Below are positions 45,823 through 56,833 of a stretch of DNA of 64,000 bases, piece by piece. The stretch's first letter is position 1. Every line of letters starts with the position of its first letter. Both the position numbers and the translations under genes were made by a program. The DNA is from an uncultured delta proteobacterium (GTDB lineage Bacteria; Myxococcota; Myxococcia; Myxococcales; Anaeromyxobacteraceae): NCBI GenBank assembly GCA_963814585.1, contig CAWFDF010000014.1, positions 384,001 through 448,000 of the forward strand, given 5' to 3'. The notes below the pieces were generated by a model, which made no database searches, was not told where the DNA came from, and saw only the letters and a program-made list of their open reading frames with translations.

Positions 45823-46794
45823 ATGAACCGGGGCCACACCTACCGGGAGCAGATCGACGCCGCCGGCGAGGACCGCGCCGTGCTGGACCACCTCGTCGGG
45901 CGCTTCGGTCGGGCCCCCCTGGCCGAGTGGCGCGAGCGGATCCTGCTTGGACAGGTGCGGCTGGATGGCGAGCTCACCACCGCCGGCACCCGGCTGCGCG
46001 CCGGGCAGTGGCTCTCCTGGGATCGCCCGCCCTGGACCGAGCCGCCGGCTCCGCTCGACACCGCGGTGCTCCACGAGGACGCCTGGCTGCTCGCCGTCGC
46101 CAAGCCGCGCGGCCTCCCCACCGTGCCCGGCGGCGGGCTCTACCTCGAGCACACGCTCCTCGCCGTGGTTCGCCGGCGCGCGCCGGAGGCGAGCCCCATG
46201 CACCGGCTGGGGCGGGACACCTCCGGCGTGGTGCTCTTCGCCCGCACGGCCGCCGCGGCCCGGACGGTCCAGGCGGCCTTCCGATCGCGGCGGGTCGCCA
46301 AGGCCTACCGCGCCCTCTGCGCCGGCCATCCGGTGCTCGACGCCTTCACCGTCGAGGCCCCCATCGGCGAGGTGGACCACCCGCTGCTCGGCACGGTCCA
46401 CGCCGCGGCGGCGGGCGGCCGGTTCGCCAGGAGCCACGTCCGGGTCCTGGAGCGGCGCGGCGCCGGCGGCGGGCCGCCGACCGCCCTGGTGGAGGTGGAG
46501 ATCGAGACCGGCCGCCCCCACCAGATCCGCATCCACCTCGCCTTCGCCGGCCACCCCCTGGTGGGAGATCCGCTCTTCGGCGCCGGCGGCGTCCCGCTGG
46601 CGGGGACGCTGGCCCTGCCCGGCGATCCCGGCTACCTGCTCCACGCCCACCGTCTCGGGCTCGACCACCCCGGGAGCGGGAAGCCGCTGCTGATCGAGTG
46701 CCAGCCGCCGCCGGTGCTGCGGGCCAGGCCCGTCCCGGGGGAGCCGGACGGGCGGACCTTCGCGGCACCCCCGCGGCGAGGCCGGCCGACGTAG
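45823..46794 (+). CDS. RluA-family pseudouridine synthase-like protein
   Basis: S4-like N-terminus, KPRGL, HRLGRDTSG, TGRPHQIRIH, GHPLVGDPLF, LHAH. Confidence 0.88.
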   Translation: MNRGHTYREQIDAAGEDRAVLDHLVGRFGRAPLAEWRERILLGQVRLDGELTTAGTRLRAGQWLSWDRPPWTEPPAPLDTAVLHEDAWLLAVAKPRGLPTVPGGGLYLEHTLLAVVRRRAPEASPMHRLGRDTSGVVLFARTAAAARTVQAAFRSRRVAKAYRALCAGHPVLDAFTVEAPIGEVDHPLLGTVHAAAAGGRFARSHVRVLERRGAGGGPPTALVEVEIETGRPHQIRIHLAFAGHPLVGDPLFGAGGVPLAGTLALPGDPGYLLHAHRLGLDHPGSGKPLLIECQPPPVLRARPVPGEPDGRTFAAPPRRGRPT

Positions 46795-46804
46795 AGTCGG
46801 CCGC

Positions 46805-48385
46805 ATGTTCGCCGACCCGGCCACCGTCCTCGCGCCACGCGCCGGCACGCTCGTCGACGCGCCCTTGCCGCTCCTGCTCCACGCCCTCTTCTGCGAGGGG
46901 CGGACCGCCACGCTCGAGCTCAAGCTCCGCGGCCTCGAGAAGCGGATCCAGTTCGAGGCCGGCTCGCCGGTGGCCTGCCGCTCCAACCTGCTCCACGAGA
47001 CGCTGGGGAAGTACCTCGTCGAGAAGGGGAAGCTCACCGAGGAGCGCTACCAGGAGGCGCTGCAGGGCAGCGTCCAGTCCGGGAAGCGGATGGGCGAGTG
47101 GCTCGTGGCGCAGGGGGCCATCCAGCCCTTCGAGCTCTACCGGCTCATGCAGGCCAACCTGGCCATGCGGATCCTCGACGCCTTCCGCTGGAGCGAGGCG
47201 ACCTGGCGGCTCACCGGGGAGAGCGAGGCGGCCGAGCTGGCCCTCAGGATGAACCCGGCGCAGCTCGTCCTCACCGGCGTCTCCGCCTTCTCGCCCTTCG
47301 AGCTGGTGGCCACGCAGCTGGCCTTCACCGACGAGCAGCGCTTCGCGCTCACGCCCAGGCCGCCGCACGAGCTCGCCCGGCTCAAGCTGGATCCTCGCGA
47401 GGCCAGGCTGGTCTCCACGCTGCGCCGGCGGCCGACCTTCGAGGAGCTCACCCGGGCGACCGGCCTCGAGGTCGAGGAGGCGCTGCGGCGGCTCTACGCC
47501 CTGGCCACGCTCGGCATCGTCGACTTCGCGGATCGCGTGCCGCAGGCCGCCGGCCCCGGGCCGACGGCTCCGCCTTCGCCCGACGTGACGTCGCCGGCCG
47601 GGCCGGAGCCGGCGCTGGAGGTGCCGGCGCCGCCCGAGGCCGAGGCGCTGCAGGAGGAGTCGGAGGAGCTCAAGAACGCCCTCGCCTCCGACTACCTCGC
47701 CCACCGCGCCCTCAATCCCTTCGACCTCCTCGGCCTCCCCGAGGCCGCCGACGCCGCCCAGTCCCGCCGGGCGTTCCTCTCGCTCGCCGACCGGTTCTCG
47801 CCGCTGCGCTTCCGCTCGGCCGACCTTCGCGAGAAGGCCGAGTCGCTCCTGGCGGCGCGGGCCCGCGCCTTCGCCGCGCTCTCCGACGCCGGGCAGGCCA
47901 CCCTCTGGCGCAGGCGGCGCGCCGCGGCCACCGAGGCGGCCCGGGCCCCGGCCCGCCCCTCCACCGCGGACCAGTTCCGCATCCAGACCGACCTGCTGGA
48001 CGCCTCCGCGCAGTTCGCGGAGGGAGCGAGGCGGCTCGCCGCCGGCGACGCCCGGGGCGCCCTCGAGTACTTCCAGTACGCCGCCGACATCGAGCCGAAG
48101 GCCGTGCACCGCGCCCACCTCGCCTGGGCCCGCTACCTGGTCGACCCGGAGCGCCACGCCCGGCTCGCGCTGGGAGAGCTGGCCGAGCTGGCTCGAAAGG
48201 AGCCTGGCTGCGCCGAGGCGCACCGCTTCTCGGCGGACATCCTGAAGGCGGGGGGACGGTGGGCCGAGGCCGAGGAGGCCTACCGGCGAGCCTTCCAGCT
48301 CGACCCGGCCGATCGCCGGTCCCAGGAGGCGGCGCTCGAGATGCTCCGGGCCCGCAAGGCGGCGCCGCGCGAGCGCGGCACTTGA
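46805..48385 (+). CDS. Myxobacterial DUF4388-like / J-like / TPR protein
   Basis: ETLGKYLV...GKRMGEWLV; J-like NPFDLLGL; C-terminal TPRs. Confidence 0.65.
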   Translation: MFADPATVLAPRAGTLVDAPLPLLLHALFCEGRTATLELKLRGLEKRIQFEAGSPVACRSNLLHETLGKYLVEKGKLTEERYQEALQGSVQSGKRMGEWLVAQGAIQPFELYRLMQANLAMRILDAFRWSEATWRLTGESEAAELALRMNPAQLVLTGVSAFSPFELVATQLAFTDEQRFALTPRPPHELARLKLDPREARLVSTLRRRPTFEELTRATGLEVEEALRRLYALATLGIVDFADRVPQAAGPGPTAPPSPDVTSPAGPEPALEVPAPPEAEALQEESEELKNALASDYLAHRALNPFDLLGLPEAADAAQSRRAFLSLADRFSPLRFRSADLREKAESLLAARARAFAALSDAGQATLWRRRRAAATEAARAPARPSTADQFRIQTDLLDASAQFAEGARRLAAGDARGALEYFQYAADIEPKAVHRAHLAWARYLVDPERHARLALGELAELARKEPGCAEAHRFSADILKAGGRWAEAEEAYRRAFQLDPADRRSQEAALEMLRARKAAPRERGT

Positions 48386-48417
48386 TCCCGACCGGCCCAC
48401 GGGGTTAGGGCAGGAGC

Positions 48418-49383
48418 ATGACCCCCGACGCCCCCGCCAGCCGGAAGCCGATCCTCTACCAGGTGCGCGCGCTCCCCGGCGGCCACTTCGGCCGGCTGGT
48501 GGACCGGTTCGATCTCCGCGGCGGGCAGGCGGCCCCACCGCCGCGCCCGGCCCTCCTCGAGGCGGCGCGCCCGGCCGAGGTGCTGGTCACCAGCTACATC
48601 GACCGGGTCGACGAGGCGCTGCTGGCGGGTCTTCCGCGGCTGCGGCACCTGGCCTCCTACGGCGTCGGCGTGGACCACATCGACCTCGAGGCCTGCCGCC
48701 GGCGGAGCCTGCTCGTGACCAACACCCCCGGCGTGGTCACCGAGGCCACCGCCGAGCACGCCATCGCGCTCATGCTGGCCGCGGCGCGCCGGGTGGTCGA
48801 AGGGGACCGGCTCATCCGGCGCGGCGGCTGGACCGCCGTGGACCCTGCCCTGCTCCTCGGCACCGGCCTCGACGGCAAGCTGCTCGGCCTGGTCGGCTTC
48901 GGGCGGATCGGCCAGGCGGTGGCCCGGCGCGCGGCCGGGCTCGGGCTGCGGCTCGCCTACGCCTCGCCACGCGAGGTCCCCTTCCCCGGGGCCCGGCGCC
49001 TGCCGCTCGAGACGCTGCTCGCCGAGGCCGACGTGGTGTCCCTGCACGTGCCGCGGAATGCGGCCACCGAGGGGCTCCTCTCCGCCGAGCGGCTGGCGCT
49101 CCTCAAGCCGGGGGCCATCGTCATCAACACCGCTCGCGGGGCGGTGGTGGACGACGGGGCGCTGGTGGAGGCGCTCCGGAGCGGCCGGCTGGCGGCCGCC
49201 GGGCTGGACGTCTTCCGCGACGAGCCGCGGATCCCGGCCGCCTACCTCGACCTCGAGAACGTGGTGCTGACGCCGCACCTGGGCTCGGGCACCCGCGAGA
49301 CCCGGAGCGCCATGGCCCTCATGGTGGTCGAGGAGGTCGAGCGGGTGGCCCGGGGAGAGCCGGCACGGCACCCGGTCCCCTGA
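48418..49383 (+). CDS. D-2-hydroxyacid dehydrogenase (glyoxylate reductase-like)
   Basis: GVGVDHID, GFGRIG, INTARG, LDVFRDEP, TPHLGS. Confidence 0.93.
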   Translation: MTPDAPASRKPILYQVRALPGGHFGRLVDRFDLRGGQAAPPPRPALLEAARPAEVLVTSYIDRVDEALLAGLPRLRHLASYGVGVDHIDLEACRRRSLLVTNTPGVVTEATAEHAIALMLAAARRVVEGDRLIRRGGWTAVDPALLLGTGLDGKLLGLVGFGRIGQAVARRAAGLGLRLAYASPREVPFPGARRLPLETLLAEADVVSLHVPRNAATEGLLSAERLALLKPGAIVINTARGAVVDDGALVEALRSGRLAAAGLDVFRDEPRIPAAYLDLENVVLTPHLGSGTRETRSAMALMVVEEVERVARGEPARHPVP

Positions 49384-49487
49384 GGGCCGTGGATGGCCCC
49401 CTCACGGCCGCGCCAGGGCGTCGTCGGCTTGACCCGACCGGCCCCGGCGGGCGAGGGTGTCGGTCGGGCGGGGGCCTGGAGGACTGC

Positions 49488-49856
49488 ATGGACCGCGTCC
49501 GAGTCGAGACCTTCCGGGGCAAGCGCCTCCTCATCGTGGACGGCACCGACGTCGGGGCCGACCAGTACCCCGCCGTGCTGCGCGCTGGCGCCCTGGCCAT
49601 CTCCCAGGAGCCATTCGGCTCGGTGCGGCTGGTGACCGTGGTGACGAGGGCCCGCTACGGCCGCGGCGCGGCCGAGCAGATCAAGGCCTACTCGAGCTCC
49701 ATCAAGCCGTACCTCAAGGCGAGCGCGGTGGTCGGGCTCTCGCCGCTGCAGCAGGTCATCTTCTGGGCCATCAAGCCCTTCGCCCACCGGACCCTCACCG
49801 CCTTCGCCACGCTGGACGAGGCGCGGGCGTGGCTGGCGGACTTCCCCGAGTCGTGA
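49488..49856 (+). CDS. STAS/SEC14 (SpoIIAA-like) small protein
   Basis: GGAGG RBS; SAVVGLSPLQ...FATLDEARAWL. Confidence 0.65.
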   Translation: MDRVRVETFRGKRLLIVDGTDVGADQYPAVLRAGALAISQEPFGSVRLVTVVTRARYGRGAAEQIKAYSSSIKPYLKASAVVGLSPLQQVIFWAIKPFAHRTLTAFATLDEARAWLADFPES

Positions 49857-49886
49857 GACGGCGGGGGCTCATCGCCGCGGGCGCCG

Positions 49887-50780
49887 TCAGTCCTGGTCGT
49901 CGACCACCCGCTCCGGCGCCACCTCGAGCAGCTCCGGCCGGCGCAGCAGGCCGCGCAGGAGCTTGAAGGCGCTGGCGTAGTAGTGGCCGTCGCAGATCCG
50001 CTCGTCGTTCACCACCTTGATGGAGATGGACTTCCGCAGCTCCACCCGGCCATCGGCGGCGATGACCTGCTCGCGCTCCTTGGCGCCGAAGGCGAAGAAG
50101 ATGGAGACGGTCCCGAACTCGTACAGGTGGTGGTAGATGGGCTTGATCCCGAGCGAGCCGAGATCGGTGACGAAGGCCGTGGCGTGGAACGGGCTGGCCC
50201 GGTGGATGGCGCGGGGCAGCAGGCCGTGGAAGTCGAGGGCCCGGAGGAGCCACATCAGCCCGCGCAGCACCACGCCGGGCACTGCCGTGAAGAGGCGCGC
50301 CGTCCGATCGGTCACGTTGCGGGTCGCCTCCCCCGCGTTGGCGGCGACCGCCTCCTCGATGACCCGGGCCACGTCGAAGACCGTGGCCCTCGGGTCGAAG
50401 CGGAGCTTCACCACCGTCTCCGGGCTGTCCTGGTGCAGCCGCCTCTTGAGCACCATGGCGAGGAGGATCTCGTCGCGGGCGTAGAGGCGCTGCCCGGCCA
50501 CGAAGCGGTTGAGGCGGGGGCGCTGCGAGATGGTGCGGACCAGCGCCGCCATGAACAGCGCCAGGTAGCCGAGGTCGGTGCGGCCGGCCGCCCGCTGCCG
50601 TCGCAGCCAGGCTTCCGCCGGGGCGACGTCGATGCGGTCCTCGAAGTAGTCGTGGGCATCCACACGCGTCCGCATGACGTAGGGGATGATCTGGTAGATG
50701 GGGCTCAGGCTGCGCAGCAGCCGCCCGTCGTAGCGATCGCCGAGGCGCCGTCGCCGCTCCGTCCCCGCTGCCTCGCCCAT
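49887..50780 (-). CDS. Stand-alone 2-oxoacid dehydrogenase E2 catalytic-domain-like protein
   Basis: PRLNRFV, FVTDLGSLG, VNDERICDGHY; no lipoyl domain. Confidence 0.75.
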   Translation of the reverse strand: MGEAAGTERRRRLGDRYDGRLLRSLSPIYQIIPYVMRTRVDAHDYFEDRIDVAPAEAWLRRQRAAGRTDLGYLALFMAALVRTISQRPRLNRFVAGQRLYARDEILLAMVLKRRLHQDSPETVVKLRFDPRATVFDVARVIEEAVAANAGEATRNVTDRTARLFTAVPGVVLRGLMWLLRALDFHGLLPRAIHRASPFHATAFVTDLGSLGIKPIYHHLYEFGTVSIFFAFGAKEREQVIAADGRVELRKSISIKVVNDERICDGHYYASAFKLLRGLLRRPELLEVAPERVVDDQD

Positions 50781-50822
50781 GGTCCGACCTCCGCTCCGGG
50801 CGTCCACCTGGACCGGGCGCCG

Positions 50823-51902
50823 TCAGGCGGTGACCACGCGCCGCCCCCGGTACCGCATGGCCCCCACCGCCCCCGAGAAGGCATTGCGGGACACGTCCGC
50901 CACCGACTCGCCGCCGTAGACGTAGCGCGGCAGGCACTCCAGGTGGCGGGCGTGCTCCGGGAAGACGTTGGCCGCACGGGCCGTGGCGGCCGTGGCGTAG
51001 CCGCAGTCCCTGCCGACCGCCAGCTCCCGCGCCGTCACCTGGGGCATGGTGCCGTAGGGGTAGGCGAAGTGCCGGACCGGCACGCCGAGCTCGGCCTCGA
51101 TGCGCCGCCGCGAGCTCACCAGCTCGTCGCGAACCTGGTCCGGGGAGAGGCTCGAGAGCACGGGGTGGGTCACGGTGTGCGCCCCGACCGTGGCGAAGGG
51201 CGAGCGCGCCAGGGTGCGCACCTCGTCCCAGCTGAGGGGCAAGGTGGACTGCAGCCGTTCCACCCGCTCGACGCCGCAGGCCGCCGCGGCGAGGTCGCGC
51301 AGGGTGGTGGGATCGGCGCCGTCGAACACCTGCTGCAGGTCGTGAAAGGCCGCCGCCTTCTCCGCCGGGGTTCGGGCCGGATGGACGTGGCGGCGGCCGG
51401 CATGGGTGAAGTCCAGGGCGTCGGCGCCGAGCAGCGCCTCCTCCAGCGCGTACCACCAGAACACCGTCCTGCCATCGGGGAAGTCGGTGGTCAGGTAGAC
51501 CGCGAAGGGGACCCGTTGGGCCTCGAAGATGGGCGCCGCCAGCGTGAGGTTGTCGCGGTAGCCGTCGTCGAAGGTGAAGGCCACGAAGGGCCGCCTGAGC
51601 GTGCCTCGCACCAGCCCGTCGTGGATCTCCTCGAGCGACAGGACGGCCCGGCGGCTGCGGATCACCGAGCGCACCAGCTCCTCCAGGTTGGCGGTGGTCA
51701 CCTCGAGCTCGGAGACCCAGGCCACGCGCTGCCTGGGCTGGGACTCGACCACGCGGTGGAAGGCCAGGATGGTGCCGAGGCCGCCGTAGATGGGCTCGAC
51801 CGCGAAGCGAAGCAGGCCGAGCGCCGACAGGGCCACCGATCGGAGCGCCTCCCGCAGGTTCTCGCGAGCCGCCTGCACCCGGTCGGACGGGGACTTCGAC
51901 AT
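50823..51902 (-). CDS. Polysaccharide deacetylase (NodB homology)
   Basis: FTFDDGYRDN, GAHTVTHP, FAYPYG. Confidence 0.9.
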   Translation of the reverse strand: MSKSPSDRVQAARENLREALRSVALSALGLLRFAVEPIYGGLGTILAFHRVVESQPRQRVAWVSELEVTTANLEELVRSVIRSRRAVLSLEEIHDGLVRGTLRRPFVAFTFDDGYRDNLTLAAPIFEAQRVPFAVYLTTDFPDGRTVFWWYALEEALLGADALDFTHAGRRHVHPARTPAEKAAAFHDLQQVFDGADPTTLRDLAAAACGVERVERLQSTLPLSWDEVRTLARSPFATVGAHTVTHPVLSSLSPDQVRDELVSSRRRIEAELGVPVRHFAYPYGTMPQVTARELAVGRDCGYATAATARAANVFPEHARHLECLPRYVYGGESVADVSRNAFSGAVGAMRYRGRRVVTA

Positions 51903-52048
51903 GGCGTCTCCCCCTCCAGCCCACTCGGTTCGCGTGCCGCCTGCAGGAGCTCGACTTCCCTTAGCACATCCTGGACCAGCCGGGCCGGTCACGGTGTCCC
52001 TCGGTCGGGAGACACTCGATCACGCGTGGTCCGCGCCGCCGCGACGTG

Positions 52049-52077
52049 TTGACGCCCGCGCCCCTCGGTCCTAGTGT
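52049..52077 (+). promoter_or_regulatory. Sigma70-type promoter of the GNAT gene
   Basis: TTGACG-N17-TAGTGT. Confidence 0.6.
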
Positions 52078-52146
52078 CGCCGCCGGGTTGGGTCCCGGCC
52101 GGCCTGGGCCCGAGGGGACGCCGGCTCGAGATTCGGGGGAATCCGC

Positions 52147-53112
52147 GTGAACTTCTTTGCGAGCGAGGCCTTCCTGTCCTCCCTGGCCCACGCCTGCGCA
52201 CCGGATCGCCCCTTCCGCGTCGGCCTCCACCGCACGCAAGGTCGCCTCTTCCGGCTGGTGAGCGTCGACGGTGGCGCCCCCATCACCCAGTGGCCCTTCT
52301 TCGACTCGGTCGCCGCGGTCGAGGAGACGCCCTCGGGACCGGTGGGCGAGCTGCGCTACCTCCCCATGGTGGCGCAGGACGCGACCGAGATCACCGAGGT
52401 CCCCGAGTCGGTGCAGGAGGGTCCGGAGTCCTTCCCCGCGCCGTACATCGACTGGACGCGCTTCCCCACCTGGAAGGCCTTCGAGGCCCACTTCGCCGCC
52501 CGCCGCAGCAGCCTGCCGCGCGACTCGCGGCAGAAGCGCCGGAACCTGGAGCGCGAGGTCGGCACGCTCACCTTCATCGCGCACGACCCCCGCCCCGAGG
52601 TCTTCGACCAGTGCCTGGCGTGGAAGTCGGCCCAGTACGTGCGCACCGGCTTGACCGATCTCTTCCGCGATTCGCGCAACGTCGAGCTGTTCCGCACCCT
52701 CACCGCCAAGGGGGCCCTCCTCATCTCCTCCCTGTCCGCAGGCCCCACCCTGCTCGCCGTGCACTTCGGCGGGCTCGCCGACGAGGGGCTCTACTCCTGG
52801 GTGGCCGCCTACGACCCCGCCTTCGGGCGCTACTCGCCGGGGCGGCTGTTGCTCGAGGACATCCTCCGGCACTGCCAGGAGCGCGGCCACCGCGAGTTCG
52901 ACTTCGGGATCGGCCACAGCAGCTACAAGTGGCACTACGCCTCGCACAGCCGGACCCTGGGCCCGCTGGGACGGCCGCCCATGTCCCTGGTCGTGCGACG
53001 CTCCGCCAAGGCGGCCGCCAAGAGCCTGCTCCTGCGCTGGCCCAGCCTGTACGCCCGGGTCCAGCGGATGAGGCAGAACCTGCGAGCGCGCGGGGTGGCG
53101 CCGCAGGACTGA
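52147..53112 (+). CDS. GNAT acetyltransferase, CelD/BcsL-like
   Basis: AYDPAFGRYSPGRLLL and FDFGIGHSSYKWH. Confidence 0.85.
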   Translation: MNFFASEAFLSSLAHACAPDRPFRVGLHRTQGRLFRLVSVDGGAPITQWPFFDSVAAVEETPSGPVGELRYLPMVAQDATEITEVPESVQEGPESFPAPYIDWTRFPTWKAFEAHFAARRSSLPRDSRQKRRNLEREVGTLTFIAHDPRPEVFDQCLAWKSAQYVRTGLTDLFRDSRNVELFRTLTAKGALLISSLSAGPTLLAVHFGGLADEGLYSWVAAYDPAFGRYSPGRLLLEDILRHCQERGHREFDFGIGHSSYKWHYASHSRTLGPLGRPPMSLVVRRSAKAAAKSLLLRWPSLYARVQRMRQNLRARGVAPQD

Positions 53113-53134
53113 GTCCGTTACGTCGAGGGACGGG

Positions 53135-53734
53135 ATGAACGCTGAGCGAGGTGCCCGAGTGAGCCACGATGACGTCAATTCCAGGGAGCCGGCCCCCGAC
53201 GCCGGGGGCGTTCCCTGCCAGCTCGAGGCCTTCCCCGCCAAGCTCGAGACCGGGGCCCCGAGCCGCGAGGAGCCATGGACATGGTACGTGGTCCGTCGTG
53301 CCCAGGGGTTCCTGCTGCGGCTGCGCCGCGAGCTCGACCGGTTCGGGCCCCGCGGCGGCCCGGCGCCCGCGCCGGAACCGGCCCAGGCCCCGAAGCCGGC
53401 CGAGTCGTGGCCCGCTCCCGATCTCCGGGAAGGAGACCGGGTGCGGGTGCGCCCGGCCGAGTACATCCGCGCCACCCTGGACGACAAGGGCTGCCTGAAG
53501 GGCTGCGGCTTCGGGCTCGGGCAGTACCAGTACTGCGGCAAGGAGTTCCGGGTCATCCGGCGCGTCGACAACTTCTTCGACGAGGCCCGGACGCGGATGC
53601 TCAAGGCCCGCAACATGGTGCTGCTCGACGGCGTCTACTGCGACGGCTCGAGCGTCAAGTGGACCCAGGGATGCCAGCGGATGTGCTTCTACTTCTGGCG
53701 CACCGAGTGGCTCGAGAAGATCGACGGACCGTGA
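53135..53734 (+). CDS. Hypothetical Cys-containing protein with SH3-like fold
   Basis: [39 protein letters not shown]; start uncertain. Confidence 0.65.
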   Translation: MNAERGARVSHDDVNSREPAPDAGGVPCQLEAFPAKLETGAPSREEPWTWYVVRRAQGFLLRLRRELDRFGPRGGPAPAPEPAQAPKPAESWPAPDLREGDRVRVRPAEYIRATLDDKGCLKGCGFGLGQYQYCGKEFRVIRRVDNFFDEARTRMLKARNMVLLDGVYCDGSSVKWTQGCQRMCFYFWRTEWLEKIDGP

Positions 53735-53771
53735 CCGCCGCGCCGGGCCGGGGTGCCCCGGGCGGCTTCCG

Positions 53772-55346
53772 TCAGTGCCGGAAGTGCCTCATCCCGGTCG
53801 CCACCATGGCGATCCCGGCGGCGTCGGCGGCCGCCACCACCTCGGCGTCGCGCATCGAGCCTCCGGGCTGGATGATGGCGGTGGCTCCCGCCTTGATGAT
53901 CTCCTCGACGCCGTCGGCGAACGGGAAGAAGGCGTCCGAGCCGACGCAGGAGCCGCGCACCGGCAGCTGCGCCTTCATGACCGCGGTCTTCACCGACTCG
54001 ACGCGGCTGGTCTGGCCACCCCCGATGGCCACGGTCCGGTCCTGGCTGGCGAAGACGATGGCGTTCGACTTGACGTGCTTCACCACCTTCCAGGCGAAGA
54101 GCAGGCTCTTCCACTCCGCCTCGGTGGGGGCCCGCCTGGTCATCACCTTGCAGTCCTCGCGCCTCACCGCGCCGAGGTCGCGATCCATCACCAGCAGGCC
54201 GCCGGTGATGGAGCGCAGCTCGCGGGCCTCCTCGGGACGCCGGCGCCAGGAGGTCCGTGGCTGGCCGAGGCGGGGGGCCTCGAGCAGCCGCAGGTTCTTC
54301 TTGGCGGCGAGCAGCGACCGGGCCGCGGCGTCGTAGCCGGGGGCGATGACGCACTCGAGGAAGAGGTCGGTCAGCTCCCTGGCCGCCGCCTCGTCGACCG
54401 GGCGGTTGAGCGCCACGATGCCGCCGAAGGCGCTGACCGGGTCGCAGGCCCGGGCGCGGGTGAAGGCCTCGACCAGCGTGCCGCCCAGCGAGACGCCGCA
54501 GGGGGTGTTGTGCTTGATGATGACGGCGGCGGTCTCGTCGAACTCCTTCAGGTTGGCCAGGGCCGCCTCGAGGTCGAGGAGGTTGTTGTAGGAGAGCTCC
54601 TTGCCCTGGAGGACCGAGGCCCAGGCGACCGTCGGCTCTTCCGGCTCCCGCCCGGCCCGGTAGAAGGCGCCGGCCTGGTGCGGGTTCTCGCCGTAGCGGA
54701 GATCCTGGACCTTGGTGAAGACCGCGCCCAGCGTGCCCGGGAAGTGGAGTGGCGCGGCGTCGCTGGCCGGGCGCGCGGTCAGGTACTCGCTGATGGCGGC
54801 GTCGTAGGCCGCGGTGTGGGCGAAGGCCTTCTTCATCAGGTCGAAGCGGGTGGCGGCGGAGAGGGCCCGGCCGGCCTCGATCTCGGCGGCGACGCGATCG
54901 TAGTCGGCCGGATCGACCACGACGCCGACGTGGGCCGAGTTCTTGGCGGCGCTGCGGACCATGGTCGGGCCACCGATGTCGATCTCCTCGACGCACTCGT
55001 CGAGGGCCTTGCCGGCCGCCACCGCCTCGCGGAACGGGTAGAGGTTGACCACCACCAGGTCGATGGGCGGGATGTCGCGGGCCGTGACGTCGGCCTCGTC
55101 GGAGGCCAGGCCGCGCCGGTAGAGGATGCCGCCGTGGACCCGGGGGTGGAGCGTCTTGACCCGGCCGCCCAGGATCTCGGGGGCCTGGGTGAAGTCGCCC
55201 ACCGCGATGACCGGCACGCCGGCCTCTGCCAGCGCCTTCTGCGTGCCGCCGGTGGAGAGCAGCTCGACGCCGAGGGCGGCGAGGCGCTTCGCGAAGGGGA
55301 CGAGGCCGGTCTTGTCGGAGACCGAGAGCAGCGCGCGACGGACCAT
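53772..55346 (-). CDS. purH: Bifunctional AICAR transformylase / IMP cyclohydrolase
   Basis: [40 protein letters not shown]. Confidence 0.98.
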   Translation of the reverse strand: MVRRALLSVSDKTGLVPFAKRLAALGVELLSTGGTQKALAEAGVPVIAVGDFTQAPEILGGRVKTLHPRVHGGILYRRGLASDEADVTARDIPPIDLVVVNLYPFREAVAAGKALDECVEEIDIGGPTMVRSAAKNSAHVGVVVDPADYDRVAAEIEAGRALSAATRFDLMKKAFAHTAAYDAAISEYLTARPASDAAPLHFPGTLGAVFTKVQDLRYGENPHQAGAFYRAGREPEEPTVAWASVLQGKELSYNNLLDLEAALANLKEFDETAAVIIKHNTPCGVSLGGTLVEAFTRARACDPVSAFGGIVALNRPVDEAAARELTDLFLECVIAPGYDAAARSLLAAKKNLRLLEAPRLGQPRTSWRRRPEEARELRSITGGLLVMDRDLGAVRREDCKVMTRRAPTEAEWKSLLFAWKVVKHVKSNAIVFASQDRTVAIGGGQTSRVESVKTAVMKAQLPVRGSCVGSDAFFPFADGVEEIIKAGATAIIQPGGSMRDAEVVAAADAAGIAMVATGMRHFRH

Positions 55347-55456
55347 GGAGACCTCCAGGGACGGAGGCCTCGTTTACCAGCCGGGTGCGGTGGATTCAAG
55401 GACGGCGCGCGGTGCGCCCGCGGCGAGCGGGCGCACCGGCGACGGGAAGGCCGGCT

Positions 55457-55975
<519 letters not shown>

Positions 55976-56024
55976 CCCCGACCCCTCCCGTCCACCACCG
56001 TTGCGCCGCGAGCGGCGCCCCCTG

Positions 56025-56573
56025 TCACCTGCCGACGGGCGCGGCCCCCGCGCCCGGGCCGCGTGATCCGGCGGCCCCTGCCGCCCCGATCGTCGCGACC
56101 GCACCTCCCACCCTCTCCAGCCTCCGAAACACCGCGCGCGCCTCGCGCTCGGCCCGCTCCAGCTCCGCCTCGAACTGGCGCTTGCGTGGGTGCGCCCGCG
56201 CCTTGACGGCGATCGACGCCACCAGCTCGGCCAGTCCCTGCTCGACGTCCTCGATCCGGTTGCGCACGGTCACGAAGCTGCCGCGGATGTCGTCGACCGT
56301 GTAGCCCTCGGCCATCATCCGCTTGATGAGCGCGATGCGCCGCACCACGGCCACCGGGTAGAGCCCGGTCGACCCGGCGTGCTTGCCCTTGCGACCCACC
56401 CGCCGGCTGCGGGGCAGGAGACCGAGCTGGACGTACTTCCGGAAGGTCGACGCCGAGAGGCGCGCCCCTCGGGCCTCGAAGAGCCGGACCACCTCGCCGC
56501 TGGTGATCCCGCCCGAGCGCTCCCGCTCCAGCCTGCCCATCTCGTCGTCGCTCAGGATTTCCATTCGATCCAT
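56025..56573 (-). CDS. MerR-like winged-HTH protein
   Basis: [17 protein letters not shown]...LYP...[14 protein letters not shown], then a coiled coil. Confidence 0.75.
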   Translation of the reverse strand: MDRMEILSDDEMGRLERERSGGITSGEVVRLFEARGARLSASTFRKYVQLGLLPRSRRVGRKGKHAGSTGLYPVAVVRRIALIKRMMAEGYTVDDIRGSFVTVRNRIEDVEQGLAELVASIAVKARAHPRKRQFEAELERAEREARAVFRRLERVGGAVATIGAAGAAGSRGPGAGAAPVGR

Positions 56574-56586
56574 CGATCCAGAATCC

Positions 56587-56636
56587 AATCTAGAAAACTT
56601 GATTTCGAAGGTAGTCGATTCAGTGGAGTTCGTCAA
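56587..56636 (-). promoter_or_regulatory. Sigma70 promoter plus downstream operator-like dyad
   Basis: TTGACG-N17-TACCTT (56636 to 56608); imperfect palindrome AATCTAG-AAAA-CTTGATT at 56587-56604. Confidence 0.65.
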
Positions 56637-56833
56637 CGTGTCCGTGAGTGGCGCGGCCCGGGGGCCTCGACGGACGTGCCGTGATGAGGGGACGGCCGGG
56701 CGCCCGCCCGCGTCGGCCTCGACGCGGTGCTCCAGCCAGGGGGGCGCCGCGAGCGGCCCGGCGCCGACGGGGCGCCTCGCCGCCTGCCGCCGGAGCGGTG
56801 TGAGGGAGGCCCGGCGAGGAGGAGGGGCGGTGG

